Below, in pieces: positions 26,711-35,554 of a stretch of 64,000 nucleotides of DNA. Source of the stretch: a virus; IMG/VR virus record IMGVR_UViG_3300045988_137032, positions 96,001-160,000 of that record; one strand, 5' to 3'. Below the pieces are notes generated by a model that ran no database searches, had not been told where the DNA came from, and saw nothing but the letters and a program-made list of their open reading frames with translations. The first letter of the stretch is position 1; each line of letters opens with the position of its first letter. The position numbers and the translations under genes are program-made.

Positions 26711-27184
26711 TTATCCCCAAATAACAGCGTTATTTGGAAGATGTACGTTTTGAGCTACCAATTGATATTGGGTTCCTTCACTTACCATTTTCACATAATG
26801 GTCTTTTACAGTATGCTCATCATTGAGCATTTCAAACCCCTCATAAATACGATGTTCTACTTCCTCTTTGATGTCATTGACAACGGCTTCCTCTGTAGGA
26901 TATGCGTAGCACTTTGCATAGAAAGGAGAGATGATGCAACTAGCACCTAAGTATCTTGTATCGTAAAGAATCTCAATCCAGATATTTCTAGTCCATCCAA
27001 TCAGGGTATCAGAGAAATTCTTCTCATTAAAGATATCTACCTTAATCGGACATACTTTCCATAATACGGAATTTGAAATGGAATGAGAAGCATATTGGAT
27101 AGCTTCCGCTTCTGTAGTAAAGGTCTTGTCATGCGCCCACATGAAATCACCATTTCTACATACGATGGCATATACAGTCAGCAT
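26711..27184 (-). CDS. MK(V/A)Y(A/V)I-family protein; intact paralog of 37563..37916
   Basis: MLTVYAIVCRNGD...KTFTTEAEAIQYA...WKVCPIKVDI. AAAGGAG SD. Confidence 0.65.
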   Translation of the reverse strand: MLTVYAIVCRNGDFMWAHDKTFTTEAEAIQYASHSISNSVLWKVCPIKVDIFNEKNFSDTLIGWTRNIWIEILYDTRYLGASCIISPFYAKCYAYPTEEAVVNDIKEEVEHRIYEGFEMLNDEHTVKDHYVKMVSEGTQYQLVAQNVHLPNNAVIWG

Positions 27185-27199
27185 TTATCTGTATCTCCT

Positions 27200-27715
27200 T
27201 TATTCGATATATCCAATTTGATCGATATTAGCAACTCGGATGGGAATGATCTTACACCAGCACTTCTTAGTCCGAGTGGAATCAGAAAGTACCGCACTGG
27301 TATCGTATTTCTCAATGACAGTGTCAAGACACTCATCAATACGATATTTGGGGCGATACACAATATCACCAAGCAATGTCATAGCCATTGTCTTAGTAGG
27401 AATGATCTTAGAGCAGAAAAGAGAATGGACCGGATTCAACGGGCCTCCTTCTCTCACATTGAAGTTTGTCTTAAAGACGATGACGTAAACAAAGTCGCTC
27501 CAAGGGATATCATTGAAAAGTTTAATCTCCTTTTCATAGCATGCATACTCAATGGTAGTATGATTCATATCAAGATCCGTCTGCTTTGTAAGCCATGTAT
27601 TATATTGCGCGATAGCTTCATCAGAAGATTTGTAGGTTTGTGTAAAACCACTAGGGCTATGATGATCGGGATTGTCATCCTTCACAATGTCAAGTAATAG
27701 AAGATAGACTTTCAT
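27200..27715 (-). CDS. MK(V/A)Y(A/V)I-family protein
   Basis: MKVYLLLLDIV...YKSSDEAIAQYNTWL. AGGAGG SD. Confidence 0.65.
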   Translation of the reverse strand: MKVYLLLLDIVKDDNPDHHSPSGFTQTYKSSDEAIAQYNTWLTKQTDLDMNHTTIEYACYEKEIKLFNDIPWSDFVYVIVFKTNFNVREGGPLNPVHSLFCSKIIPTKTMAMTLLGDIVYRPKYRIDECLDTVIEKYDTSAVLSDSTRTKKCWCKIIPIRVANIDQIGYIE

Positions 27716-27736
27716 AATACTTCCTCCTAGAGTTAT

Positions 27737-28012
27737 TTAAGATGCAATATATTCCACACAAATGTGCTCAAACGTATTGTTGCCTATGAAGTTATCGTAC
27801 TCCAGAGCAAGATCATTGATACGGTGAATATTATTCGCATCACTATCTTTCATGAGTACTTTCTCATCAAAGATAGATTGAATCACAGCTTCTTTTCTTG
27901 TATAATGCTGGCAAAAGTTTGTAGTAATGGTCTTAAGATTCCCATTACTATCTTTGAAAGATACCAGCTTCCTACAGAAATATTTCCTTCTCTTACTGGC
28001 TTTGAAAAACAT
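27737..28012 (-). CDS. small hypothetical protein
   Basis: 91-aa ORF with AAGGAG SD. Confidence 0.6.
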   Translation of the reverse strand: MFFKASKRRKYFCRKLVSFKDSNGNLKTITTNFCQHYTRKEAVIQSIFDEKVLMKDSDANNIHRINDLALEYDNFIGNNTFEHICVEYIAS

Positions 28013-28026
28013 CTATCGCATTCTCC

Positions 28027-28323
28027 TTAATAATAGTAAATTTCGGTAGACTCAATGTGGTATTTATTCATACCCTTCTTTCCATCAACGTCATAGCTGA
28101 CAGTAAGAGTATTATCATCAGGACGATCGATGTCAAGCTTCATATCATGATACCCACGGAAAGTTTCTTCCAGAGAATCAAGATAATCAACTGCGTCATC
28201 CTTATTGTAATATCCATGAAGTACTTTACTGGGAACACAAACTACTTCATTCCCAGAAGTAGTATCATAGATATCGTACATGATAAGGTTGACGTTAATG
28301 GTTTTTACTTCAGGATTTTCCAT
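28027..28323 (-). CDS. small hypothetical protein
   Basis: 98-aa ORF with AAGGAG SD. YNKDDAVDYLDSL helix motif. Confidence 0.6.
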   Translation of the reverse strand: MENPEVKTINVNLIMYDIYDTTSGNEVVCVPSKVLHGYYNKDDAVDYLDSLEETFRGYHDMKLDIDRPDDNTLTVSYDVDGKKGMNKYHIESTEIYYY

Positions 28324-28337
28324 AAATACAAATCTCC

Positions 28338-28619
28338 TTATACATATCCTTCGTCTTCTACACGAACTTTTTCAATTTGCACGGTATGGACTTCTTGAAT
28401 TACTTTAGATTCTGCTCCAGGAATCATATCGCATGCTGTGATACGTTTCGTATAAGTGAGGCCCATTCCATCCGGATGCATCATAGCGGTTAAATTATTC
28501 TTTGAAAACTTCTCCAACCACTTTTGTGCATTCAGCAAACGATAGAATGCGGAATTTACTTTTACTTCAATTCCGTATCCATATTCTTCTCGGTCGATGG
28601 TTTCAAGTATTACGTACAT
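28338..28619 (-). CDS. small hypothetical protein
   Basis: The ATG at 28619 (MYVILETID) has AAGGAGG upstream. Confidence 0.6.
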   Translation of the reverse strand: MYVILETIDREEYGYGIEVKVNSAFYRLLNAQKWLEKFSKNNLTAMMHPDGMGLTYTKRITACDMIPGAESKVIQEVHTVQIEKVRVEDEGYV

Positions 28620-28645
28620 AAACAATCCTCCTTGTGTTAATATAA

Positions 28646-29143
28646 TCAATAAAGGTTCATACCTTTTATCAATTCAAAGTTAAAGCAATAATACGTATCA
28701 TCTCTTGACGTATATGCTTTAATCGTACGAGGAACCCCATAGGTTGCAACTACTTCAGGAGAAGCAAGATCAGCATTCTTATTGATCTTAAGAACGATAT
28801 GACCTTTTGTATTCATCAAAGAAACCATATTAGGAATTTTGATCATCATTCCTGCTTTATAATAAGTGACCTTATGAGATGGATCATATCCAGTGGATTT
28901 TCGGCGGAATGTAACGGTAGCAATCTCATTATCGGGAGCCACTTCTACATTCGTTTCGCCATTGTAATTGCGTTTGAAGTATTTATCTTCACAATCACAA
29001 ATCAGTTTATTCCATGTGATATTTCTTGCAGTAGGTTTCATATACAGCTTAGACTGATACAAAGAGAATTTAGGTGCATAAGAACCATCATAGGATTCTT
29101 TCTTTTGAAGAATGGCAAATACTGCCATTTCTGTTTCAAACAT
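28646..29143 (-). CDS. small hypothetical protein
   Basis: 165-aa ORF with GAGGAGG SD. TAATG overlap. Confidence 0.6.
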   Translation of the reverse strand: MFETEMAVFAILQKKESYDGSYAPKFSLYQSKLYMKPTARNITWNKLICDCEDKYFKRNYNGETNVEVAPDNEIATVTFRRKSTGYDPSHKVTYYKAGMMIKIPNMVSLMNTKGHIVLKINKNADLASPEVVATYGVPRTIKAYTSRDDTYYCFNFELIKGMNLY

Positions 29144-29415
29144 TATTCGTCCTCCTCAACAAGAGTTTCCTTCTTTACCATCACGCGGATATCAACCGTT
29201 TTATCCGGATATTCAAAAGTTTGATGCAATATGCGATTGAGAAGTTTATTCAATGTGATGAAAGGAGATTCACATCCATTCGCATAATACTCCACAAGTC
29301 TATCATGTGCCAGTTTAATGGAAGCATATTTCTTTCCTTCAGTATACATAATGACATGATCTTTTGAAGTATCTTTAATATAAACATGAATCTCATAGAT
29401 AGGTATTTCTTTCAT
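29143..29415 (-). CDS. small hypothetical protein
   Basis: 90-aa ORF with AAGGAG SD. Confidence 0.6.
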   Translation of the reverse strand: MKEIPIYEIHVYIKDTSKDHVIMYTEGKKYASIKLAHDRLVEYYANGCESPFITLNKLLNRILHQTFEYPDKTVDIRVMVKKETLVEEDE

Positions 29416-29420
29416 AGAGT

Positions 29421-29711
29421 CTACTCTCCTTCATCAAATTCACATTCCTGAATTTGTGCTACTATGAGTATACAACCATACTTCTTGATATCACTGTAAT
29501 TGTAATAAGAAGCATAGCAAAACACGGTACCGTCATCTTCATTGACTTCAAATGGCGTATGCTTGAAAAGACTATGAACGGAATCACCATCTTTATTAAA
29601 GTCATCTTTAATGCGATAAAGAGCTTTAATTGCTTTCTCTCTATTCTTAAAGACTTTCTTTAAGATAGATGACGAATGGTTATTCGTAACCATAATGACA
29701 TAGGCTTTCAT
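29421..29711 (-). CDS. MK(V/A)Y(A/V)I-family protein
   Basis: MKAYVIMVTNN...FKNREKAIKALYRI. AAAGGAGG SD, preceded by TTAATGATATATTATA. Confidence 0.65.
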   Translation of the reverse strand: MKAYVIMVTNNHSSSILKKVFKNREKAIKALYRIKDDFNKDGDSVHSLFKHTPFEVNEDDGTVFCYASYYNYSDIKKYGCILIVAQIQECEFDEGE

Positions 29712-29754
29712 CTATTTAATACCTCCTTTAATGATCTATAAGTATAATATATCA

Positions 29755-30042
29755 TTAAAGGTTTCTTATTTCAACCCATACGGAAATCACTTCAGACGTA
29801 CTGGGTTCTTTTCCGTGATACACCATATCATGATAAATACACATCTTGTCATCATTTACTTTGTATTCAGAGAATTCAAAGTCTTTATGCTCAAGATGTG
29901 TATTATTTTCTTCATTGAGATTCAGTGTATCACAAATCTCATGAAGTGTATTGAGGGCTTGATCTTTTGAATAATACAGAGGATCATACAAATGATGGAT
30001 TCTGTCAGGATAATACCCTGATACGATAGCATAAACTTTCAT
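29755..30042 (-). CDS. MK(V/A)Y(A/V)I-family protein
   Basis: MKVYAIVSGYY...YYSKDQALNTLHEI. Confidence 0.65.
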   Translation of the reverse strand: MKVYAIVSGYYPDRIHHLYDPLYYSKDQALNTLHEICDTLNLNEENNTHLEHKDFEFSEYKVNDDKMCIYHDMVYHGKEPSTSEVISVWVEIRNL

Positions 30043-30054
30043 AATTAAACCTCA

Positions 30055-30339
30055 TCATTCTTTAGTAAATTCTGATGTATTTTCTGTATACATTTCTTTT
30101 GCAAATGCACTAATATTCGGTTCCTTAGAATCTTTCCAGGTTTCAATAACAGAAAGATCCTCTTCATCAACTGTGTAATACACATGACCATTTTCAACAG
30201 AAATAAGCTGTGACAGTGCGTTCTTTATTTCGTTAAGACGAGAAATACAGCTTTCTTTCGTTGTATAAACCATATCCTCTATCCGAGCAATATTCTTATA
30301 AGGCCCACCATAGGTATGGCAGATAGCATAAACTTTCAT
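30055..30339 (-). CDS. MK(V/A)Y(A/V)I-family protein
   Basis: MKVYAICHTYG...YTTKESCISRLNEI. Confidence 0.65.
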   Translation of the reverse strand: MKVYAICHTYGGPYKNIARIEDMVYTTKESCISRLNEIKNALSQLISVENGHVYYTVDEEDLSVIETWKDSKEPNISAFAKEMYTENTSEFTKE

Positions 30340-30341
30340 AA

Positions 30342-30617
30342 TTAGTTTACCTCAAATTCACGAATATATGCTACAATAATATTATGCTTAAGCTTAGGAT
30401 AATCTTTATATTTTATTGGGTAAAATATCGTCTCGGCCTTTTCATCAACTTCATACGGCTCATGTAATTCAGCAGCCGGTATACGAACCATTCCTTCATT
30501 ATACTGATTGCAAAGTTCATGAAGACGATCAATTGCTTTATCATGATCAAAATGGAATGATTTTATCTCAGGACCATTATTATTAATCAAACTAACTACA
30601 AAATAAACTTTCGTCAC
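30342..30617 (-). CDS. MK(V/A)Y(A/V)I-family protein; paralog of 37001..37282
   Basis: The GTG at 30617 (TKVYFVV) lies 10 nt after AAAGGA. The C-terminus EPYEVDEKAETIFYPIKYKDYPKLKHNII matches 37001..37282. Confidence 0.65.
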   Translation of the reverse strand: MTKVYFVVSLINNNGPEIKSFHFDHDKAIDRLHELCNQYNEGMVRIPAAELHEPYEVDEKAETIFYPIKYKDYPKLKHNIIVAYIREFEVN

Positions 30618-30709
30618 GGTAAACACATCCTTTCATATTTAACCGTCTACTATGATATGAAAAAATAAGCACACAAGCCGGATATAAAATCACAGCTTGT
30701 GTGCTTATT
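30618..30709. repeat. left copy of a perfect 92-bp inverted repeat (partner 36909..37000)
   Basis: GGTAAACACATCCTTTCATATTTAACCGTCTACTATGATATGAAAAAATAAGCACACAAGCCGGATATAAAATCACAGCTTGTGTGCTTATT equals the reverse complement of 36909-37000. It contains the hairpin 30664-30709. Confidence 0.9.
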
Positions 30710-30854
30710 TTTGCATTTCTTAGTTAGTTATTAGATGACTTTGTTAAAAGATGATAAAGGGGTTTTTGTTATATTTTTTTTTTGAAAAATTTATTGATCC
30801 TAAATGACAAAAATCAATAAATTGTTAACAATTTAAACGTGCATAAAAGTATAA

Positions 30855-32696
30855 TCATTCTCCGTTACCATTCGCTGTAATAATGCTTGTATTACCGAAT
30901 CCAATTTCGATATTCCAGGAATTGCACCAATGAGATACAATTTCAATATTACCTGATGGAAGCATTTCGGTTTTATAATCATTTGGTCTAAAGCCCAAGT
31001 TGCCGGTAAAATCAATAACAAGCTCTGTATTCGGCTTAACTAAGAATGACTCCTCAATATCCGTAACACTAATAGATTTAATATCCCTCTCTGTAAAATT
31101 AACCGTTGAATGATCTGATGATATTCTTCCTTTCACATACACATTAGATTTATATGATTTCAATAGATTTACAATTGTACTATTTTTAAATTCATCGCCT
31201 ATATTAAAAGTAAATTTTACCGTATCGGATTTATATCCATTATAATAGTAACCACCATCACTATCAGTTTTTATTGTATACATGTCAGCAGCCAATCCCC
31301 AATGAGACCTAAAATAGTTCTCATTTTTTGAAAGTTTTACATTTTCGACTATAATAAATCTTTCTTGAGCTGTATATTGCCCGCTTTTTACAGTGATCAC
31401 AGTATCGACTGTATTGCCTGTAACTTCACTATACGACATATCGCCAGTGGACGAATTTACATTGACAACTGAATTATTCGAGCTATACGAAATCGGACTT
31501 GATTGCGTGCATGTATCAGGTGTCGGCTTATACCTCAGGGTGCATGATTGCGCAATGCCAGGAATATAATATACACCACCAAAGTTACCATAATAGTATG
31601 GCCATGAACCACTTACTTTAGCAATACCAGTCTGAGCAACGCCCATATTATTCAAGTCAAGAATCTGAGAGAAAGTCTTCCCTCCATATTTATATGCAGC
31701 ATTCGATCCAGGATTGTCTTTCACCATGATATAATTTAAAACCCACTGCAATGTACTATAGTGGTCATTTGCGGTAGATATTGCATCAAATTTTGATTTT
31801 AAAGAATTTACAGCATCCGATATCGTAGAATCTTTCTGATCAACTTCGAATTGTGTGTAATATCTATCATCATGATTATGTGCTTCAGGAGGATATGCGG
31901 TAGGCTTATTGGTCACATTAGACCACGATATACCATCGGATGTTGTTACGATTTTAAACCATTCGCCAAACGAATTCGTTGAATCGCCATGTGCTTGTTT
32001 TCTCATATAAATGAGACCGCTATCCGTGATAGCAAGTTCAACCGCTCCAATTCCACTAGAATCAGTCCATCCGTCAAAGCCAATCACAGTTGCATAAGCT
32101 GTATTTGTTCCTGCATCTGGTAAACCGATAACTGTAGAATCTTTAATTCCTACAAAATTAAAACCATTTGTGTAATCACTAGGTTTTGTAGCAGTATCCC
32201 TAGTATCTTCGGTTATCTCAAGGCTATCATGCGTATGCGTATTAGGACTCTTGGTGTCCAGTTCTTCTTTCAGAAGTCTGCCACAGTTTGCAGACAATGC
32301 AGATTCACTGTCCGTAGAATCTAACCAGTCTTTCACCAGCGGTGAAACCTTATACCACGTGATATTAGCATTTGCTAATTTTTTACCGTAGAACACACTT
32401 GTCTCAAGATTAAAGATATAGTCGCCAGTTCCCGCTACGAATACATCATATCCATAGCTCTTACCGGATGTCAATTCATCTTTGATCTTAATAGCAGGTG
32501 TGTTTTTGACGTTGGAAGTATCCGTTACATTGTCACCGTCTTTATTGACGCTGTATGTAAAGCTTCCATGATACCAACCGGGTTCTGTAATCTGGATAAT
32601 ATCAGTCATAGTACTGGAAATTGTAATCGGTTTATTCAATGTAATATTAGATCCATCGTTTCTAATTAGAGATGCTTTCTTATCTCCAATAGTCAT
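30855..32696 (-). CDS. tail fibre protein
   Basis: SALSANCGRLLKEELDTKSPNTHTH and WSNVTNKPTAYPPEAHNHD are typical fibre repeat motifs. The ORF is open to 32804, but the ATG at 32696 has AGGATG upstream. Confidence 0.7.
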   Translation of the reverse strand: MTIGDKKASLIRNDGSNITLNKPITISSTMTDIIQITEPGWYHGSFTYSVNKDGDNVTDTSNVKNTPAIKIKDELTSGKSYGYDVFVAGTGDYIFNLETSVFYGKKLANANITWYKVSPLVKDWLDSTDSESALSANCGRLLKEELDTKSPNTHTHDSLEITEDTRDTATKPSDYTNGFNFVGIKDSTVIGLPDAGTNTAYATVIGFDGWTDSSGIGAVELAITDSGLIYMRKQAHGDSTNSFGEWFKIVTTSDGISWSNVTNKPTAYPPEAHNHDDRYYTQFEVDQKDSTISDAVNSLKSKFDAISTANDHYSTLQWVLNYIMVKDNPGSNAAYKYGGKTFSQILDLNNMGVAQTGIAKVSGSWPYYYGNFGGVYYIPGIAQSCTLRYKPTPDTCTQSSPISYSSNNSVVNVNSSTGDMSYSEVTGNTVDTVITVKSGQYTAQERFIIVENVKLSKNENYFRSHWGLAADMYTIKTDSDGGYYYNGYKSDTVKFTFNIGDEFKNSTIVNLLKSYKSNVYVKGRISSDHSTVNFTERDIKSISVTDIEESFLVKPNTELVIDFTGNLGFRPNDYKTEMLPSGNIEIVSHWCNSWNIEIGFGNTSIITANGNGE

Positions 32697-32751
32697 AGAA
32701 TCACATCCTAACATAAAACTAACATTACCCCGTAGGGGAATAAGATAGTTC

Positions 32752-32808
32752 CTGAATGGTATCCAATAAACAAATCCGTAACGGATTTGTTTATTGGATA
32801 CCATTCAG
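32752..32808. repeat. perfect 57-bp palindrome (28-bp arms, 1-nt centre) between divergent fibre genes
   Basis: CTGAATGGTATCCAATAAACAAATCCGT-A-ACGGATTTGTTTATTGGATACCATTCAG, checked base by base. Confidence 0.9.
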
Positions 32809-32859
32809 CATATTGTAGAAATTGTAAATGAAGCAATATGTATGAGAGAGGTGGTTAAT

Positions 32860-33750
32860 ATGGCATCTGAAAAAGTTTTATATAAAGCTGAAGATGGCAC
32901 ATTAATTAATCTTAGTACTAAGGTAATCAATAATACAACAACTGATAGTACAACGGATGCATTAAGTGCTGCTCAAGGCAAAGTATTAGCTTCTAAGTTT
33001 ACTACTCTTACAAAGAGTTCAGTTGGACTCGGTAATGTAGATAATACAGCCGACTCCGCTAAAACTGTAAAAGCTGCAACTAAACTTCAGACATACAAGG
33101 CTGGCAGCACTACAGAAACATATGGTGATGAGTATCCGTTTTATGTGCAGTGGCAGAGTGATAATACATTGAAACTGACTTGTGATGGTTATAAAACAAG
33201 AGTAGATATAGCTGATTCTGCTCTCCCATTGTCGGGTGGAACTTTATCCGGGCAGGTTAATTTTGGGTCCAGCTCATACTATGTGAAAGCAGATGGTACT
33301 GCTAATTTCAAGACAGTTACGGGTGCAGTCTATAACGACTATGCTGAGTTCTTCCCTCGTGGAGAAGCCACTGAACCTGGCGATATCGTAGCACTCGATC
33401 TTTCTTCTGATCATGAATCTTACATCAAAGCAACTGCAACAAGTAAAATTGTTGCTGGTGTCCATTCCGATGAGTATGCTATGCTTATTGGTGGTGATAA
33501 GGTTGATGATGGGAATTACGTGGAAAAGAATATTGAAAAATATATTCCCGTAAGTCTCTGTGGCCGTGTCTTCTGCAAGTGTGTTGGCAAGATTCACCGT
33601 GGTGATACGATTGTCGTATCGGATATTCCCGGTATCGGACGAGCAAAATTACCCAACGATTATGTGGAAAATACACAGATCGTTGGATACGCAGTGGATG
33701 AAGACATGAACGAAGAGATTCGTCGAGTACGTATTCGTGTAAAGGGGTGA
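32860..33750 (+). CDS. tail fibre/spike protein with C-terminal peptidase-G2-like intramolecular chaperone domain
   Basis: DALSAAQGKVL...GLGNVDNTADSAKTVKAATKL fibre motifs. NDYAEFFPRGE...GDIVALD...KIVAGVHSD resembles the ADYAEYFEW...GVVS pattern of IMC domains. GAGGTGG SD. Confidence 0.55.
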   Translation: MASEKVLYKAEDGTLINLSTKVINNTTTDSTTDALSAAQGKVLASKFTTLTKSSVGLGNVDNTADSAKTVKAATKLQTYKAGSTTETYGDEYPFYVQWQSDNTLKLTCDGYKTRVDIADSALPLSGGTLSGQVNFGSSSYYVKADGTANFKTVTGAVYNDYAEFFPRGEATEPGDIVALDLSSDHESYIKATATSKIVAGVHSDEYAMLIGGDKVDDGNYVEKNIEKYIPVSLCGRVFCKCVGKIHRGDTIVVSDIPGIGRAKLPNDYVENTQIVGYAVDEDMNEEIRRVRIRVKG

Positions 33751-33756
33751 TGTGAA

Positions 33757-34620
33757 ATGGCAAGTCAAGGTTCAAAGATTACTGCTTCTGATTTTACCTC
33801 TTTGAAAAATCTCGTCAATAGCGAAATTGGTCGGCGAGGTAAAGCAGAAGGTACTGGGCAGAACCAGAGCTACGGAAGTTTATCTTCTTATTCTGGATCT
33901 GCTTATCAATATACAACTACTCCTGCAGCAGGAGTAAAGATTGCTACGGAGCATATTACGAAGATTACAACACCAATCGGTGCAATCAATGGATCAACTC
34001 CTTCCTTTTCCAGTGGAACTGTGGTAAGAGCATCCGATATTGCAAATGCCGCAAATACACTAAGTGGACTCACTGTCATTAAGGAAAACGCTTCCTCTAG
34101 TGGCTGCGCTGGTAAATGCAGTGGACTTTGCTCTTCTGGATGTAATACAACATGCTCAAGTTGTTCCAGTAACTGTGGTAGTGGATGTGCAACTTGCGCT
34201 AGTGGTTGTTCTAGTGGATGCACGAATACATGTTCTGGAGGCTGTTCAGGTAGTTGCGATGGCGATTGCAATGGCTGTTCCGGCTGCGACGGATGTAGTG
34301 ATACCTGTAAAACAGACTGTAGTGGCGGCTGTAAAGAACGCTGTAATGCTAACTGTGCTAGTGATTGTGGTGGATCTTGTAGATTTACCTGCCTCGCACT
34401 ATGCGGAAATTGCCAAAATTCTTGTGATGATTCATGCTCTGGCCATTGCGGAACAAAATGTACAGATAGCTGCGACCTTGACTGTACTGGATCATGCAAA
34501 GGAAGTTGTAGTGGCGGTTGTGACGGTAGTTGTAGTGGCGGTTGTAAGAGTTGCTCTGGCTCATGCGAAGGAAACTGTACAGGTAGCTGTAGTGGATGTT
34601 CCGGTAAATTCTTATTTTAA
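33757..34620 (+). CDS. CXXX-repeat cysteine-rich protein (Cys-free 116-aa N-domain plus ~170-aa Cys repeat)
   Basis: From nt 34105 onward I count 44 Cys at 3-4 residue spacing (CAGKCSGLCSSGCNTTC...CSGCSG). Confidence 0.8.
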   Translation: MASQGSKITASDFTSLKNLVNSEIGRRGKAEGTGQNQSYGSLSSYSGSAYQYTTTPAAGVKIATEHITKITTPIGAINGSTPSFSSGTVVRASDIANAANTLSGLTVIKENASSSGCAGKCSGLCSSGCNTTCSSCSSNCGSGCATCASGCSSGCTNTCSGGCSGSCDGDCNGCSGCDGCSDTCKTDCSGGCKERCNANCASDCGGSCRFTCLALCGNCQNSCDDSCSGHCGTKCTDSCDLDCTGSCKGSCSGGCDGSCSGGCKSCSGSCEGNCTGSCSGCSGKFLF

Positions 34621-34647
34621 TAGATAGTGTGGAATGAGGTGCTATAA

Positions 34648-35229
34648 GTGAGCGTTTATAAACCAAATAATGATCACGAACTTAAGAAAGTCTTTATAGA
34701 AAATACCCCGATAATTAAGTTCGTTTCCCATGATGTATTTGAAGACAACGATTGGAAAGAATTCATGCAGCAATGCCCCGATAATTCGAATCAGTTCGAA
34801 TGGTGCATTTGGGCCGCTGGAATTTTCCGTTGCGATAATATCATGGATGATAAGTTTGACACATACGCGGCATACTGCGCATCCGTGATTCAAAGCATTG
34901 CAAAAGATTGTAATGTGGAGTGTTCTGACGATCGTATGATCGTCCTTGCATATGGTCTCGCAGCACGGACTTTCAATTTTGAAGCTGCAAAACTTGAAAA
35001 GTCCGATTATAATTTTGATGCAATGCTTAATGCATCTGATTACGAATGCACCGATGATATTGATTTCTTATCAATGTGGGAAATGCTTGTCATGACTATC
35101 CGATTCATTCGTGTTCTTGATCCGTCAAATGTCAAAGCACTGATCAAAGTCATGAAAAAGGTAAATTCCATTCGTGATAAGTATAATGAAGTATACACCC
35201 GGATGAGTAACATGACAGCTAATTATTAA
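34648..35229 (+). CDS. hypothetical protein
   Basis: 193-aa ORF. GTG start 8 nt after GAGGTG. Confidence 0.55.
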   Translation: MSVYKPNNDHELKKVFIENTPIIKFVSHDVFEDNDWKEFMQQCPDNSNQFEWCIWAAGIFRCDNIMDDKFDTYAAYCASVIQSIAKDCNVECSDDRMIVLAYGLAARTFNFEAAKLEKSDYNFDAMLNASDYECTDDIDFLSMWEMLVMTIRFIRVLDPSNVKALIKVMKKVNSIRDKYNEVYTRMSNMTANY

Positions 35230-35254
35230 TATATTTTAGGGAGAGTGCACGTTT

Positions 35255-35554
35255 ATGAAAATTATTAGCATTACGACTCAAGAAAGCGAAGCCGTTGAGC
35301 GGGCTTATTATGAGTCGCAATCATATGAATCCATCGTTTCTATTCTCTGTAGAGAATTGAATGAAAACGCAAATCCTTTAACATCTGAGATGCTCCATCA
35401 TTATATCGACTTGTGCAAAACTGCAAAGATGCGTCTCAAATTGACGCAAGACAATGTAATTGGCAGATACGTCGACAAGTCGGAGTTTAATAATGCCCCG
35501 GTAACATTTGATTTTGAGCGCGAGGAGATGTTGGTATCAGATGAAAAAGCGTAA
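35255..35554 (+). CDS. small helical protein, possible accessory factor of the radical SAM enzyme
   Basis: 99-aa ORF. Its 3' end overlaps the ATG of the radical SAM gene, suggesting translational coupling. Confidence 0.55.
   Translation: MKIISITTQESEAVERAYYESQSYESIVSILCRELNENANPLTSEMLHHYIDLCKTAKMRLKLTQDNVIGRYVDKSEFNNAPVTFDFEREEMLVSDEKA

Noticed and set aside
33906-34627. Long ORFs in other frames and on the other strand across the Cys-repeat region (33906..34499 minus, 34064..34627 plus)
   Set aside because: They are by-products of the TGC/TGT-GGN-AGY periodic repeat. They lack start context. The CXXX frame continues from a gene with an SD and a normal N-domain.
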